Origin: Anthoceros angustus
Lineage: Eukaryota; Plantae; Anthocerotophyta
Direction: 5' to 3'
NCBI GenBank assembly: GCA_010909165.1
Contig: MU008173.1
Coordinates: forward strand, 496,001 to 560,000
Length of the DNA stretch: 64,000 bases
Shown here: positions 38,901 through 52,650 of the stretch, one piece after another
How positions within the stretch are numbered: the first letter of the stretch is position 1
Layout of the letters: every line of letters starts with the position of its first letter
Position numbers and translations under genes: made by a program
The notes under the pieces: generated by a model
Database searches by the model: none
Told to the model about the DNA's origin: nothing
What the model saw: only the letters and a program-made list of their open reading frames with translations

Positions 38901-41900
38901 CAGACTGCAGGCAGGAAGGTTACATAAAGCCTTAGGTTAATGCAGATAAGTGGAGGAACCTGATCGGAACCAAGATCTAGAGGAGCGAGGAAGTGGTTGC
39001 TGACAGAAAGCAAAGCCTCCTCTGGCCATTCATTGAACCAGTCTATCGTGCAACATGATATCAAGGAGGGGAATTGGCGGCACCGGGAACGGAATGCTTC
39101 TCCCACAGGACTCATACAAATGACAACATGCACATTTTCTCTGGCCCTGTTTATGAAGGTTGAGTATAAGACATCTTTAGTTTCTAGGTAACCAAGACTT
39201 CTTGCGTACTCCCGCACTGCCTGCCCTATTCGTTCCTTTTCATCCTGAGCAAACAGTCCTGGTATCTCCCCGGAATTCAACAGGTTATTGATGTCTTCCA
39301 CAAAGCCCTCGTTCACTATTTGAGTATCCGTGAACAGGAATGTAATCGGTTTGCCATCCACTCCTACATGTATCCTCAAAGGTAAGATCAGAAAAAAGTC
39401 AAAAAAGTAGGCGCTGTGGCCACCTAACAATATTTTGAAGTCATAGTATCCTAGAGAAATTTGAGAATTCCGTGACAACTGAAGAAACGTCTCACCTGCA
39501 ACTTGATATACTTTCTTCAAGTCCTCTCTGAATTCGTTGTTGCTATAGCCTTTAGTCAGCTCAATTTGAAAGCATTTGTACTCAGATAGAGAGCAAGCAA
39601 ACCGGGTAAGACTTTGCTTGCCTGACCCACCGACTCCTACTAACATTGCGTTGCCACGTGGTTGACGCAATATTCGCGTGATTCGTGATACATGATCTAT
39701 GGCATCTTTAAAGAACACCAACCTCATTGCTTGTGTGGTGCTCATATTGTAGTCCTCCAAATAGTCTTTGAAAAGTAGAGGAAGTTTTGATGCATCTTGT
39801 ACCTACAAGAGTTTGACCGTACACCTGAGAAATCCGAGCCTTACAGCAGTTTTTAAAGAGATTGCTCAAACATGTCCAGATGGAAAAGCTATTGCTAGAA
39901 TCGAAAACCTGTTCATATCGACGGTCTTCAGCTGCATACCCAGGTCGAAGGTAATCTGCAAACATGATCACAGAATCCTCAAACACCTCTTGGAATGATG
40001 ATATTTCCTCAAAACTCCTTTTCAACAGTTCGTGTAACATGCCCATAAAGTAACGCCTGTCTTCGTCATTAACTAGACGATCATGGAACACCCTCATACA
40101 CTCGTGGATCCATAGTGTCCGAAGTATCCTCTTTGTGTTGCAATCCATTGGCTTCACCATGAGAATTCCCTGAGAAACATTTTTGGGGGATGAGGAGGCC
40201 AGCATGGCACATTCCATGTCGTTGAGGGCTTGTTTTTACGCGTGACCAACCTGAAACACCTTTGAAACATCTCGGAGATTGAAAGTGTAATGCGACTTCG
40301 TCGGGGTGGGAAGAAGTTCTTGACTTATTCTCATATATATCTCAATGCTGCTGTCCACAATAGGCTTCAGAAACGATTTACATTCTTGGGCAAACAACTG
40401 GAGGAATCCCCCTAGAATACCCCCAAATATTGTGCGCAAGGCAGTTTCAGATGGTGGTTGCACGCATATCATGCTAAAATGCCGGAAAAATCGGGCCGTC
40501 ACCTGGCATGAGAGGTGCAAGAAATTTACATCTGAAGGACCTTCAACCTTGCCCAAGGTCCTCTACTATAATACGTAGCAAGGAATCTTTATTCATGTTA
40601 CCATGCACAAACCTCATTACGGCCACCACCAGGGGGTGCACAAGCTGAAATAAGGGTCATGTCCTCAATGTCCTTCCATATAAGCAGCTGTCGATCATAG
40701 AACCCCTTGAAATCTAGAAACTGACGCAGCAGTTCTATTGGGGGTTGTGCGAAGTATTTCTCCCGCTGTGGCATGTTCACATCATCAACAAAGCAAGCAA
40801 TCTTTTTACCAATGGGGGCTCCGTACCGTGTCTTCCGCTTCTTCTCCAGTTTGCTCTCAATGGCTTCCTGCGTGCCAGTTCCAAAGTTAAGAAAGATTGA
40901 ACCAGAGCGCACATAAAATTTCAGATGTTAGATGGCTAACTTTCACTTTTCTGGTCAAGGGGCAACCTGTGTTGCTATACTGGTTGTCTGGGCACTAAAA
41001 TTCAACACAATTGGCATGTATTTGTCTTTCAGCCGAGCTAAAGTGTCCATCACAATTGCACTTTTCCCTACTCCAGAAACACCCTGATATAAAACTGGCC
41101 GGTCAACTTCGAGATTGATTTCCAACAGAAAACTCAACCTCGTTGTATCCAAGGTCGGAACAATGAGGGAAAAGAAGGGAACTCCCACTTTGTACGTGAA
41201 AGCGGGTATTACGTCTTCCCATGGTGACAGAAGCTGATCTTTGAAGTTAACATAGAACTCAAACACTGTGTCCCCGCCTGGAAAAGCTGCCACTGTTTCC
41301 AGCTCACCTCGAAAGAAAGAATCAAACTTGTCAATACTTGGTTGGTCAATGTTGCCCCCAATTGACCATATGTATGCAAAGGCAAACACTCTGTTAACTA
41401 CAGGGGCCATAACTTCGAGTTCAGTTTCTAGGCCTTTAGCCTGCCACACGAGACCCCTGTGAGGCTGAAAAAGGGCTCCCATGTACTGGCAAAGTGATGT
41501 GACGATATTGATATTCATCGATGGTATGTTTTCCTTGCAATTTACTCGTAGAAATTTTAAACCCACATCAACGTAAGTGTCAAAAAGAGTATATATGTGA
41601 GACTCAACAACTGTTGTAAAGGACAGCTCCACTTTCAGCCTTTGCAGCCAGGACTGAACATAGGGCCGCCATCCTAGCTCTTCTGGTGGAACGTACACCA
41701 TTCCACATCGACTTACAGTGGCAGGAGATGCAACTGCTAGATCTGCCACCTCAAAGAGCATCCTCATTGTCATAGGGTTGAGTTTAATACGTTCCCCATT
41801 AGGCAAACAGAGAATACAGTTGTCATCAAGGACAGTGTTCAAGTTCTCAATCCAAATTGCATCTACTGGGCCGTCAAAAACTACCCATTTTCTATCCATA

Positions 41901-44900
41901 GCAGTGTCAGCTACACATTGTCGAATTATTGTACTTCCAAGTCCATCGGTCCACTCATTTGTAAGCAGGTTGTATTCGCCATACAGCTCACCCATCTTGA
42001 TCGACTTTGGATTCAAAACATACGTATGAACTACTTGGAACTGTTGATTCTTATGACCTACCTGGCGAAGCTTTGTCATGGCTGCCCGAAGCATTTGATA
42101 GCAGGTTGTTTTCCCACCTCCTGTTGGCCCTACCAACATAACTCCAAACCTTACATTCATTGTTTCGAAGAGCTGGATGACCTTGATGACATATGCCGAA
42201 ACTGGCTGCAAGCCCACAGCCAAAAGGCATTCCTGTATAGCTACCATTAACTCTCCAAAATCTTGTGCTGGGATTTCAACACCTGGGAAAAGGTCTGCTA
42301 TGATGGCAAGGAAAAGACTAACATCCTGCGCCAGAAACTTTGGCAGGTTACTGTCTTTAAAAGCGCGAATCAACACAACATCTTCATTGAGATCTGGATT
42401 TGCCCTTTTCAGAGCACCAGCCATCACAAGTACAGATTTCACGGCTCTCATCCCAAAATCATAGTGGTCCTGTTGACTTAGTTGCTCACTAGAAAGTTTG
42501 TATAGCTTCACCATTTTCCTTGAGAGTATCTTGGCATTTGCAAAACCCTCTGAAAAGAGCATCACCTCTGCTACCAAAGCGTAATCTGGGATCATCATAG
42601 ATACAGACCTGAAGAGGACCTTAAGATTATCTGGAAGCTCAGTCCGGCCAGCATAGCCCGGATTCATGGTGATAAACACACCACACGTCGGAAGAAGCTT
42701 AATCTCCCTCCCTTCAAACATAAATTTGCTCACCCGACTTTTCAGAGCGTTCTGTATCGTAAGCAGTTGTTGAGCAACCACAGAAAGGACTTCAATATCA
42801 ATCCTATTAAATTCGTCAAAACAAGCCCATGCACCACATTGTGCCAGGCCGGCAAAAAATTTCCCCATGAACTGGTCGCCAATTTACAAGTAGGGTATTA
42901 GAAGACTGTAGTAGATCTGAAGTACATACAGCATATTGTCATCCATTCCTATCATACGTATGATGTAGACTTACTTTCAAAAAATGGGTGACTTGCCCGT
43001 AAATACCTTGTAGTCCAGATTATCACCACAGTTGAAGACCACACACTGAATGCCTAAAGCTTTCCCAAGGTCCTTTGTAGTTTCTGTCTTTCCTGTTCCT
43101 GCAGGACCTGCAGGAGCCCCTCCAAGCTTCATGTGTAGAGCCCCGGTCAAGGTCATGTAGCAACGGTCTGTCAAGGGTGTGATCACAAGGCGGGGCTGAG
43201 CTCCTAGGTATTCATATGCATAGGTGAAACGGGCATTGGTTTGGCGAACGACACAATCGTCCAGCTCATCATCCCAGTAATACCTTAGCTGCATTTGCCA
43301 GCCAAACTCTGTGGACTTGAAAATTTTATCTCTGAGACCAGAGTAGACATCTATCAGAAATTATTCATCAGAAAAAGGACGAACCGTTTTATCACTACTT
43401 CCACTCCATGACAAACTGCATGGTGCAGTAAAAGCCAATGTTGTCACACCTGACCTACCTCACCATGGTTTCAACAATGTCTCTTGCATGGACATCAATA
43501 GTAATCAGGGCAGTCAAAATTTTCCGTTCTAATGCAAGAAGGTCCATTCGCACCAATACGGACAAGTCTGCGAGCTGACTGATACAAAGTTCCCTGAACT
43601 TTACAAGCGCTGCTTCAACATCAGCACTCGCAAGAGCTGCCTCAACTGCATCCGACCAGTACACCTGACTGATCAGCACTACAATTTGTGCAGCGTGCTT
43701 AAGCACCCATTCTTTCCTTGCCCGTTTTGCATAATCAATATGTGCCGCCTTTGACAACCTGCCGCAAAACTGCTGAGAGTTGTTAATGCTTGTCAAGCAG
43801 TGAAGTGTTGATACATGGACGGGAAAGGTGGTAGCAAGACTGGGCAAGCTGAGTGCCTGAGAATCCACAATCACTGTCAAAGTCAGCATACCTTCTCATG
43901 CTAGCCACCATGGCCTGCTCAACAGATGTCAGCCAGTTTTCTACATTGCCTCGAGCCTTGAGATTCTTGCCCAAGGATATCCTCTCCCCTTCCCCAGAAA
44001 CCATCCCGTAGATATCTATACTTTTAGGGTCCTCTCCAAAGTCCAGCCTCCTGATCCCGTCTGCCGTGCACCACAAAGCCTCACCACCATCAACAAACTA
44101 CACATAAATACACCTAGGATGCCTCCAGTGCTTCGTGGAAAGTAGTATAACATAATTACCGAAGCATTTTGACATATGAGGCTGGACTGCTTGGACATTT
44201 CTCGTTTGAGCCAAGATCTCCAATAGCTCATCATTTGATAGAAAATAGAAGCGAGGAAAAGCCATACGCTTTGTCTCCAGGTAGTCCTCCAAATTCTTCT
44301 GAATCTGCTCCAGAGTTTCATTACTTCGTTGGAAAGCTTCCAACCAACCAGGAGTTGTGCCAGCCTGCAACGCATTTGCCCTGAAAACGTGGCCAAGGAT
44401 GGTCAGGAATAAGCACTTGGACAATACTTGTGGCGTTGTCTCGGCAAGCCAGACAACACCGCAACATACCATCCAGCTTACTAGACAGGATTGACAGCTG
44501 CAATGACGTGCCTATCATGTGTACGTTTCATTATGTCTTTGAATTGTTTGTCAACAGCGTTAAAAGCTTTGCTTTCATTGGGCAGTTGTCTCTGGATATC
44601 TGGGGCACTGAAAATACTCTCCAAGTACATCCACTGCTTTTGGCATTCCAGCCACTGATCCAAAACTTTACCAAAATGTTTCAATTGATTTTCCATCTTT
44701 TCCACCTCGTTCCGGATTCCACCGACATATCTGGTTAGAGAGGCCGTTCAAAATGTTCACAAAACCTGAATACGAATTCACAAGCACCATAAGTGTGATG
44801 GTGTTACTTAAGGCTATACCTTGATGAGGTGACTGTATTCATTGTCACCATAGAATCTTCCAGGGCAACTATTACATCATCAACACCTCCCAGCACATAG

Positions 44901-47900
44901 GTATCTTTGAAGTCCTTGTATTGCTTGACAACAAACTCAATGGTCTGCCACTGTTTTCAGAAAAGGAGACCCAGACAATTTTTATCGCCCACAATAATTT
45001 GGATGTTAACAAACACAGCACATTGCCTTATTAACACCCTTCCAGGACTAAGGGCTGCACTCTTACCTTATCTTGAACTTTGTTAAGCAGCTCTTCCAGA
45101 GCTTCTTCCTGTGTCGCCTCATTTGATATATTGCTGATGCCGCTCTGGAAATCCATCACTTTGTACTCCAGAAGCTTACCCAGAGTCAAAGGCTGGGTCT
45201 TGTCAAACTGTTCATGTCAATCATACACAAATCAAAAGACTGCTTCATCAGCGAACACCTGTAATAAAAGGGAAGTTCAGACCCATTCTGGGGCAGTGGT
45301 GAAACTGATGAGATGTCACTGCCAGGTCTCGGCATCTACCAGAAGAAAAGAAGATTACCTTTCGACCAATTTCAGCTTCGATTTTCTTCCAGTGCCTTTC
45401 TTTCAAGGCTCTATTTCGAAGGCTCTGAATTGCAGGTAGGGTACGCCGGAAGTCATCGACCATCTTCCTCAAGCGCTGAACCAGGGGGTTTGGAAGGATG
45501 CCTCTTTCTAGCTTCACAGCAAGCTTCGCATACCTGCACAATGGCAATGCCTATATGATCTGCACTGTCATTCAGGCTTCCACCTGGTATTCTATATAAA
45601 GGCAGGCGTGGAAGGAGAAGTACTTTGTGATGGTCTCTTCGACTTCTTCAATTTCCAGTTTCTCAAATAGCATATTTGACCAGTTGGCTGACTTTTCGAT
45701 CAGATCTTCTAAACCGAACCACAGGGAATATCTCATGTCGACCTCATCTGCAGCTTGGGCTAAGTCGTCCAATCTTGACTCCTCAACCTACAAAAGAAAT
45801 GCAGTACACAATAGTTGAGCACCTGCAGCAGCAGCACTTGATATAGACCCCACAAAATGTAGGCAAGGTCACCTGAAATAGTAACTGATACTGATGAATA
45901 CGGTTGGCTGCTGCTTTCTGAACCGCTATGTCCTGAGAAAGTTTCTTGACGTACGCCAACACAGTTTCCTTGTCAGCAATTGCTGCAGAAGTGCAGAACT
46001 GGAATCAGACGCTGTGCTATGTGACTTTTACAGAACACAAGCAACATAGATCGAGCTGTTTTAAAACAATGGAACCGAATGTATACTGTCATCAAGAATC
46101 ATTTTGTGCTGAGCTGCCTGTCGAATATCTGCAACCTGGTTCCGTAACAAGACCACCTCCTTCGCAAGATCAGCACTGAAATTTTTTATGTGATCAGCTT
46201 TTCCCAGCTCTGCAGCCTCCATTGCTGCCTTCATTGAGTTGAAGTCAGCGTTCATCATCTGGTAGGACGCATACTGATAGTCTGGCACGGGGATTTTGAA
46301 CTCATTCATAACCATATATATTTCCACGATGTCATTGTACTGCTGTGTGTGGTCATCTTTCTTGTCATGCATTGTCTGTAAATCCAGCACCCATGATTAA
46401 GAGAGCACAAGGCAAAATAACCGACATAGTTTAAAAAGATGTTTACAGAGATTCAAAAGAGTTTGGTTGAGATGCATCAAGAAACCTGAAGAAAATCAGC
46501 GATTGCTACAAATTCCTCCACTTTTGTCGGTTTGACCGTCAATCTTTTCTCAGCGTCGTGAACCTCATCTATGAACACCTGGTTCGAACTAATCCCTCAG
46601 CATCCAGCTCATTGACCATGAAATAGGTGACTCATTTGCACATTTAGAGGTTTTGCACTGACACAATCTGAGAGGACACAACAGCCCGCGTAAATTCACA
46701 AGACATTGAACCTGATAGCTCTGGGCACCCATTTGTGGAAGCAATGTATGAATGGCCTGAAGACACTTTTGAGGAAATGGAAGAAGCGTAGCCTTCAACT
46801 GCACACTACTAAGATGCAGGATGCCCTGGGCCAGTCATCTCATACTTCAGAGGCAGAACCAAACCTCTATCTCTCATACATAGGTAGCTGTCCTGGATTT
46901 ATTTTGCTGCTTACCACGTCATTGCTGAAAGGCAAAGCATTGATATCCTCAATCTGCTTCAAGAGGCGAGTCATATCTTCCCTAAAGTGGTCCAGTGTTC
47001 TTGTCCCAGCTTTGACCTGTTAAAGAAGGATTGCTGGTGTGAACTCATGGAGCTGCTGGTACTCAGCAAGTTTGGAGAAAGAGTCACATGATAAGCAGCA
47101 GTTGCCTTCTTCCACAAACGCACATCTGACATTTTTTGCTAACCTCTTGCTCCAAGGATTCAAATGTCATGCCTCGGTTTGCAATACACAACTCTACATA
47201 GGGCATAAAAATGGCTTTCACCACTTCGGAATCCTAATTTGTGACAGCAGCTGGGCTCAGCATGCCATCAAACCGAAAAGGAACCAGCAGATTGCAGGAT
47301 GTAGCATACATCTAAGTAAGAACCAGACTCCATGAACATGGTCTGACAAAAAAACGAAGAGAAATCCAAGCTTACCTTGAACGCGAGTGCAAGCGATCCC
47401 TTAATCGAGGAGTTCAGCGCACCTAGCTGAGTTTCACCAATCAAATCTGTGTATGGTGCTAGATTTTCTACGTCTGCATCTCCCTTATCCACTACTCCAT
47501 CCAGTTGAGGGTGAAACAGAAGTCTTTGCAATGACCTTAACAGGTCAATCATTCCCTTCAAAAGCAACTCCAACTGCAAGAAGGCTCAACCAAATCAGGT
47601 GCCGTAGAATGCCAAGGAAGTCTGCAATGCTGAGGTCAAGAGCATCAACTGACCTTCTTCTCGATTTCCAAGTATGAGGGAGCAATCACCAACTGATCAT
47701 TTTCCAGGACAAGAGCCAGCTCAAAAAACTGTTCCAGAACTGCTTCCTTGCCTTTGTCTGTCAACTTAGGCAGGACACTTGGGCGGATTCTGCTTGAACT
47801 TCTCTTTGATGCATCTTTCTTGGGTGCTTCTTTGACAGCGGGCGCTGCCTTCTTTTTCACTGACTCCCTCTTCTTCGTGTCTTTAGCTGGAATGGATAGC

Positions 47901-50227
47901 CTCCCCGTCAAAGGCTTTTCAACAGCTGGAACGGACTTCCTCACAGAGTGATGTGCCACTTTCCGAAGCAAGTCAGTCAAGGAGCTGGTGAGGATCTGGC
48001 GAAGAGTGTCAGCAATGAGGTAGTCTGCAACTCTCACAAAGTTGACTAGCCTGGTTTGTTCAGACCTCTTGGCAGCAGCAATCAAGTAAGCAAATGTCTC
48101 CTGATTCTCTTTTGCCTCAAGTGCCCTTTCCTTATCCCTCTTCCATTTGGCAGCAACACTCGCCATTTTCATGCCATCATTGTCCTTGTGGATGGACTGG
48201 GCAATTAGTTCAACCTTGGGAGAACCACTAGACATGGCATCCTTCTGGTTCTGGCCCATAATCTCCTGTTCTAGCAAAGCAAGGTCTCTTATACAAGCTT
48301 CCCTCATTGCTGCAACAGATCCAGTCGTCAGCTGCAATGTAAAGGCCACCTCTTATCATCAAGGTTCAGCACAAGATTGCTTGTACCAAACAACCACATA
48401 GTCATAAGGTCCAGCCTGATAAAGAAGGAGAACAAGAACCTGAAGAAGCTGTGAGACACACTCCTCCTTTTTGGCATCTTGGACCTCAAGGAACTTTTCC
48501 AGCGTGTATACAACCCCCGCTTCAAGCTTGAGAAATCGCAGCACTAACAAATTTTCACAAATCTGAACACAAGTTAAGAGACTCCTTCTGAACACTGAAG
48601 ACACGAAGGACGGAATGCAAGCACAGCAAGCACACTTCATCCTGAGCTAACACATTCTACTCTCTGAGGCTTCAGAGGAAAATGAGCGGAAGATGGTGAA
48701 ATACCCCTCGAATCTGCAGGAGGACCTTCTGGAAGACGGGATTAAGAGTGAAAAGCAGCTTCTGCAGAGACTTGCTTGCTATAATCTTTTTCTTCCTTCG
48801 TACAAAATGCTTCCAAACAGCAAAAGACTTCCACTCCTTGTACTGCAGGTGCAAGCCGAGAGAAGTCAATAACCTCGCGAAAAAAGGAGGGTGGGGTGAC
48901 AACTCTCAACCTCTTGCTTTCAAGAGCAGCTGACGGTGTGGGAAGGGGAAGGCAGGGGGTAACGGTGGGCACCTGAAAGAAAACGTTGAGCTTGATTATG
49001 CACTTGTAGAAATGATAATCACTCTCCCACTGATCTAAAGTCACGAACTCTGCATGCCGAAAATATTCCTTTCAACATCACTACCGCTGCTGCTCCTGCT
49101 GGCTGAGGTTTGAGTGAAAGACTTCTAACCTGCATCATTGTCTCGGAACAACGTGACACCTACGGCACTCATGGTGTAGAAAAACGGACTGTCCAGCTCG
49201 CTGTGCAGCACAATATCAAGGTCATAAGGGTCGAATTGCGGAGACTTGGTCTTTGCAGGTTGCAGGTATATGAAGTCCCTATTGTCAGGGTTTTGCCTGA
49301 GATGATCTGGCATCCCCCAGCGTTAACGCAACAAAGCTGACTCCGTCGCACGGCAAGCCTTGCAAGCATACTACACATTCTACCAAACCAATTCTCTTTT
49401 CCAGGATACACATAAACTCCATCCAGGTGTAACGCCTGTCCTTCTCCCCCAACCCGGGCTTATCAAATTTCCTGGTCCTCCAGGCCATGAGCGGGTGACT
49501 CCCCTTCACCACATGCTCCTTGCTGGGCGAGCAGGTCCTGGCATGCGACACCCTCACCCGGAGCGGGCTCCCGGCCCGCTTCTCCCCGACGCTGGGCCCA
49601 GCCTTGGCGGCATCCACGGCCGCAGCAGCAGCACCAGAAGCCGCAGCAGCAGGCGCCTCTGCCGCGGCAGCTACAGACGTGGATGCCCCGGCTCCCGCAG
49701 GAGCCCGCCTGGGGGGCATCGGAGAGCTCCCGGGCGTGGCCGGCACGGTGACCCCGATCTCCGGCGGGGCCGCCCTCGTCTGCCCCACCTTCTGGAAGAT
49801 GGCATTGTTCTGCCGCGACACCCCGGGCGTATCCAGCACGAAGCTGTGGCTCCGCAGCCGCTCCCCCGTCGCCGACCTGCTGGGCAGGCCCCCACCCGTC
49901 ACACTCGCCTTGCGGAAGCTCAGGGACGTCTTCCGCACCACGCTGCAAAGAACCCACCCATCCCCCAACGCGTCAGTCAGAGGGCGGCAGTGCCCGCGCA
50001 ATGCAACGGGCCGTACAACGCGCATGCAATCCACGGGATGTAGTACCTTGTGGAGCGGGAGGTGCGGCGGGAGGGCACCTTGGGCGCCGCGTCCTCCTCC
50101 GCCGGCGCCCACAGTCGGATCCTTTGCCCCCGCCGTGCTGCTGCTGCGTGAGAAAGAGGCGGTTCTTGAAGCTGGGCGCCGGCGACGGGGAGGCGGGCAG
50201 GCTGATGTCCATGGCGCTGGGATCCAT
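32975..50227 (-). CDS. Axonemal inner-arm dynein heavy chain, DNAH6-like, many short introns; 5' end approximate
   Basis: P-loops GPAGTGKT (~43100), GPTGGGKT (~42120), GVSGVGKS (~41070), GVGGSGKQ (~39625); [14 protein letters not shown]; [23 protein letters not shown]; C-terminus CPLYKT...LCQLAD* (stop 32975-32977). Confidence 0.95.
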
Positions 50228-51899
50228 GCCGGCCGAATCCCAACCCAGAAGCAGAAGCGATCACGCCACGGCCAGTGCGCCTGCCTCTCCGTCCTGGCAG
50301 TTGAATCCCCGTTCATGCATTCCTCGTCTCGCTTTCCCACACCCCGGACACATCATCTCCATAATATACCTACCTCCATAACACTACTTAATCCTTAGTA
50401 CGAGTGAGTTTAATACCTATAGACTATATACTAGTTCTATATATTTAGATACATAGATCGCTACATATCTATCTATATCTTATCTTCGAGGAGGTACCAA
50501 GGGCTAGAATAATCATGGGTGGGAGGTATTCCATCCCATCCCAGTAGGAATGTAGGGGAATGCGGAAAGGAGGGATGGTGGGAGAGAACCGTTGCGGAAG
50601 TATGCGAAAGGGAGTGATGGTGATTGCGGGAGGATGTAGGAGGAAACGATGGTGCATGCAGAGTAGGCGAATAGGTAATAGTGTTGGTGCCAAAATATTA
50701 GTGATCAATGAGCGGATATAGGTCCATGTGGATGAAAAAATTGAAGTGCTAGTTTGGAAGTGTTGAAAATTTTAGAGACTTGTGTTCCTTTTCTCATTGT
50801 AGTCATATTCAATATTCCTACCATTGACATTTAGACCTAGTTGTTTCTGTTTTATTTTTTTTAGCATCACATAATATCTTTTTAAATTCTTTAATTATTT
50901 TAGTCTTAATTTATATATAATTCTACAACATAGAATAAGCTTTCTCGACCCTTTTTCTCTTACTTGTAATCTTTTTCTTCTAGATCTTTTTTCTCTACAT
51001 AATTTAGGAGGCTATATTCCGGCAGACTTTTGTGGATGCTTGGGCGTTGCGTCAGGTCCCCCTAGATTTTGGATTTGAATAAGTGTCTAAGTTAGGAATC
51101 TTCAAGTGGGCTCACATTGTTAAACATGACTCTCCGTTTACAACCATTCACAGAAGAAGAAGAAGAATTTCACAGGCCATCAACCTTACAATGCCTGGCA
51201 CAAGGGGAAAATTAATATTATTAATTCAAAAAAACTCTCTTTATAAAATGGTAAATCTTATTTACAACTAATCCTATGGCTAATATTTTACAAAAGAGGG
51301 TACAACACATTTTACTTGTAATTATTTAATCTCAACAAAAGGTATAGTAAGTCAGACCACAATATTTACAGTACCTCGTCCGGTTATCGCGCTTAAAATG
51401 TAGGTTACAATGTAATTTATTACGATAATTTATTCCATGGTAATCGATTGTAAATTAGGGAATTTATAAGGTAATTTTCTGGTAATTTATTATTTCTAGT
51501 AAACTACATCCTTGTACTTACAACACACGCGATTTGCAACAACGTGTATAAGGGCGAAAAATGATGATGTTGTAAAACGGGCTTCAGCCGCAACAACGGT
51601 CCCCAACGAAGCAAATTAACAACATGGGAGTACAACGGAATTCCAGAATAATAAATTGAAAAGAAAACCGAACCTCTTATATGATTTAGCTACCTTTGTA
51701 ATAAGGTATAGCCACGTTGTAAAGTTTGGGTTTTTTAACCAAAACATTTTCCAAATGAGCCCGTTATAAACCTCGTTTGGGCCCAATTTGAGAATAACTC
51801 TTGGATTTGATGTTTATAAAAGCACCTCTATTCTTGGAGTGATCTGACAATCTATTCGTGGGTCCTACTATGGGGAACAGGCTCTGATGCCATTCCCTC

Positions 51900-52650
51900 C
51901 GGGCCTCAGATCGTTTTCCGGGCTCTCAGCTTGCAATTCCCAAGCTGCACACATTGTACACTCGGGGGATTCATTTGCCTGCCCCCTCTGCCTCTCTGAC
52001 ATTGGATAGCTCGATGCACCACCTTCCCACATTTAAAACATTGACCTTGGAATGTCCGTGCACTACCTATCTCCGCGGGGACTGCTTCTGATTGATTCGC
52101 TGGTCCCGTTCTGACATGCCGATTTTCTTGGGTCTTGGCTCCTTCTCCTAGAGGCCGAGTCAATTTGTTGCTAGAGAATCGGTAACAGTTAGCATCAAAC
52201 CGATCTACAACTCACATTTCTTCCTGCAAGGATAGCATGTTGGTTTTAGTCTCAACCTCTTTAGCAATTTCTCGCCGAAACCCCCTCAGGTATCGGTCAA
52301 TCTTCTCATCCTTAGTGATCCTGGGGATGCCCATTACCAACTTCATAAACTCGGTACTATAAGCCACTACAGATGTCCTCTGAACCAGTCTTGCCAACTT
52401 ATCCCGAGCATTTCGACTTGACATTCATGGTAGGAACTATTGTCTCAACTCAACTAGCAGGGCTTCAAACGTCATTAGTTCAGAAGCTGCTTCCTGGCTT
52501 TGAGAAACCTTCACTGTTGCCACCAAAGCAAAGCAGAATCCTCAAGAAAAGAAACTGCCTCATCAACGTGCATGGGCTGTGGTACCTGATTGATGCGGAG
52601 GAACTGCTCCATCTTGAAGGCCCAATTTTCTTGCATTGATGGCTCTCTTC
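51900..52650 (-). pseudogene. Ty3/Gypsy gag remnant
   Basis: WAFKMEQFLRINQVPQPMHVDEAVSFLEDSALLWWQ, ARDKLARLVQRTSVVAYSTEF, and knuckle CFKCGKVVHRAIQC; contains stops. Confidence 0.8.

Noticed and set aside
34352-39760. In-frame stop-free introns in the dynein gene
   Set aside because: A few such cases are expected by chance among dozens of short introns.
49360-50398. Long plus-strand ORFs (227 and 292 aa) opposite the dynein 5' end
   Set aside because: GC-rich shadow frames of the dynein N-terminal exon; no recognisable domain.
51190-51560. AT-rich stretch with TTTACA/TGTAAA motifs as a MITE
   Set aside because: No convincing TIR pair or TSD could be defined.
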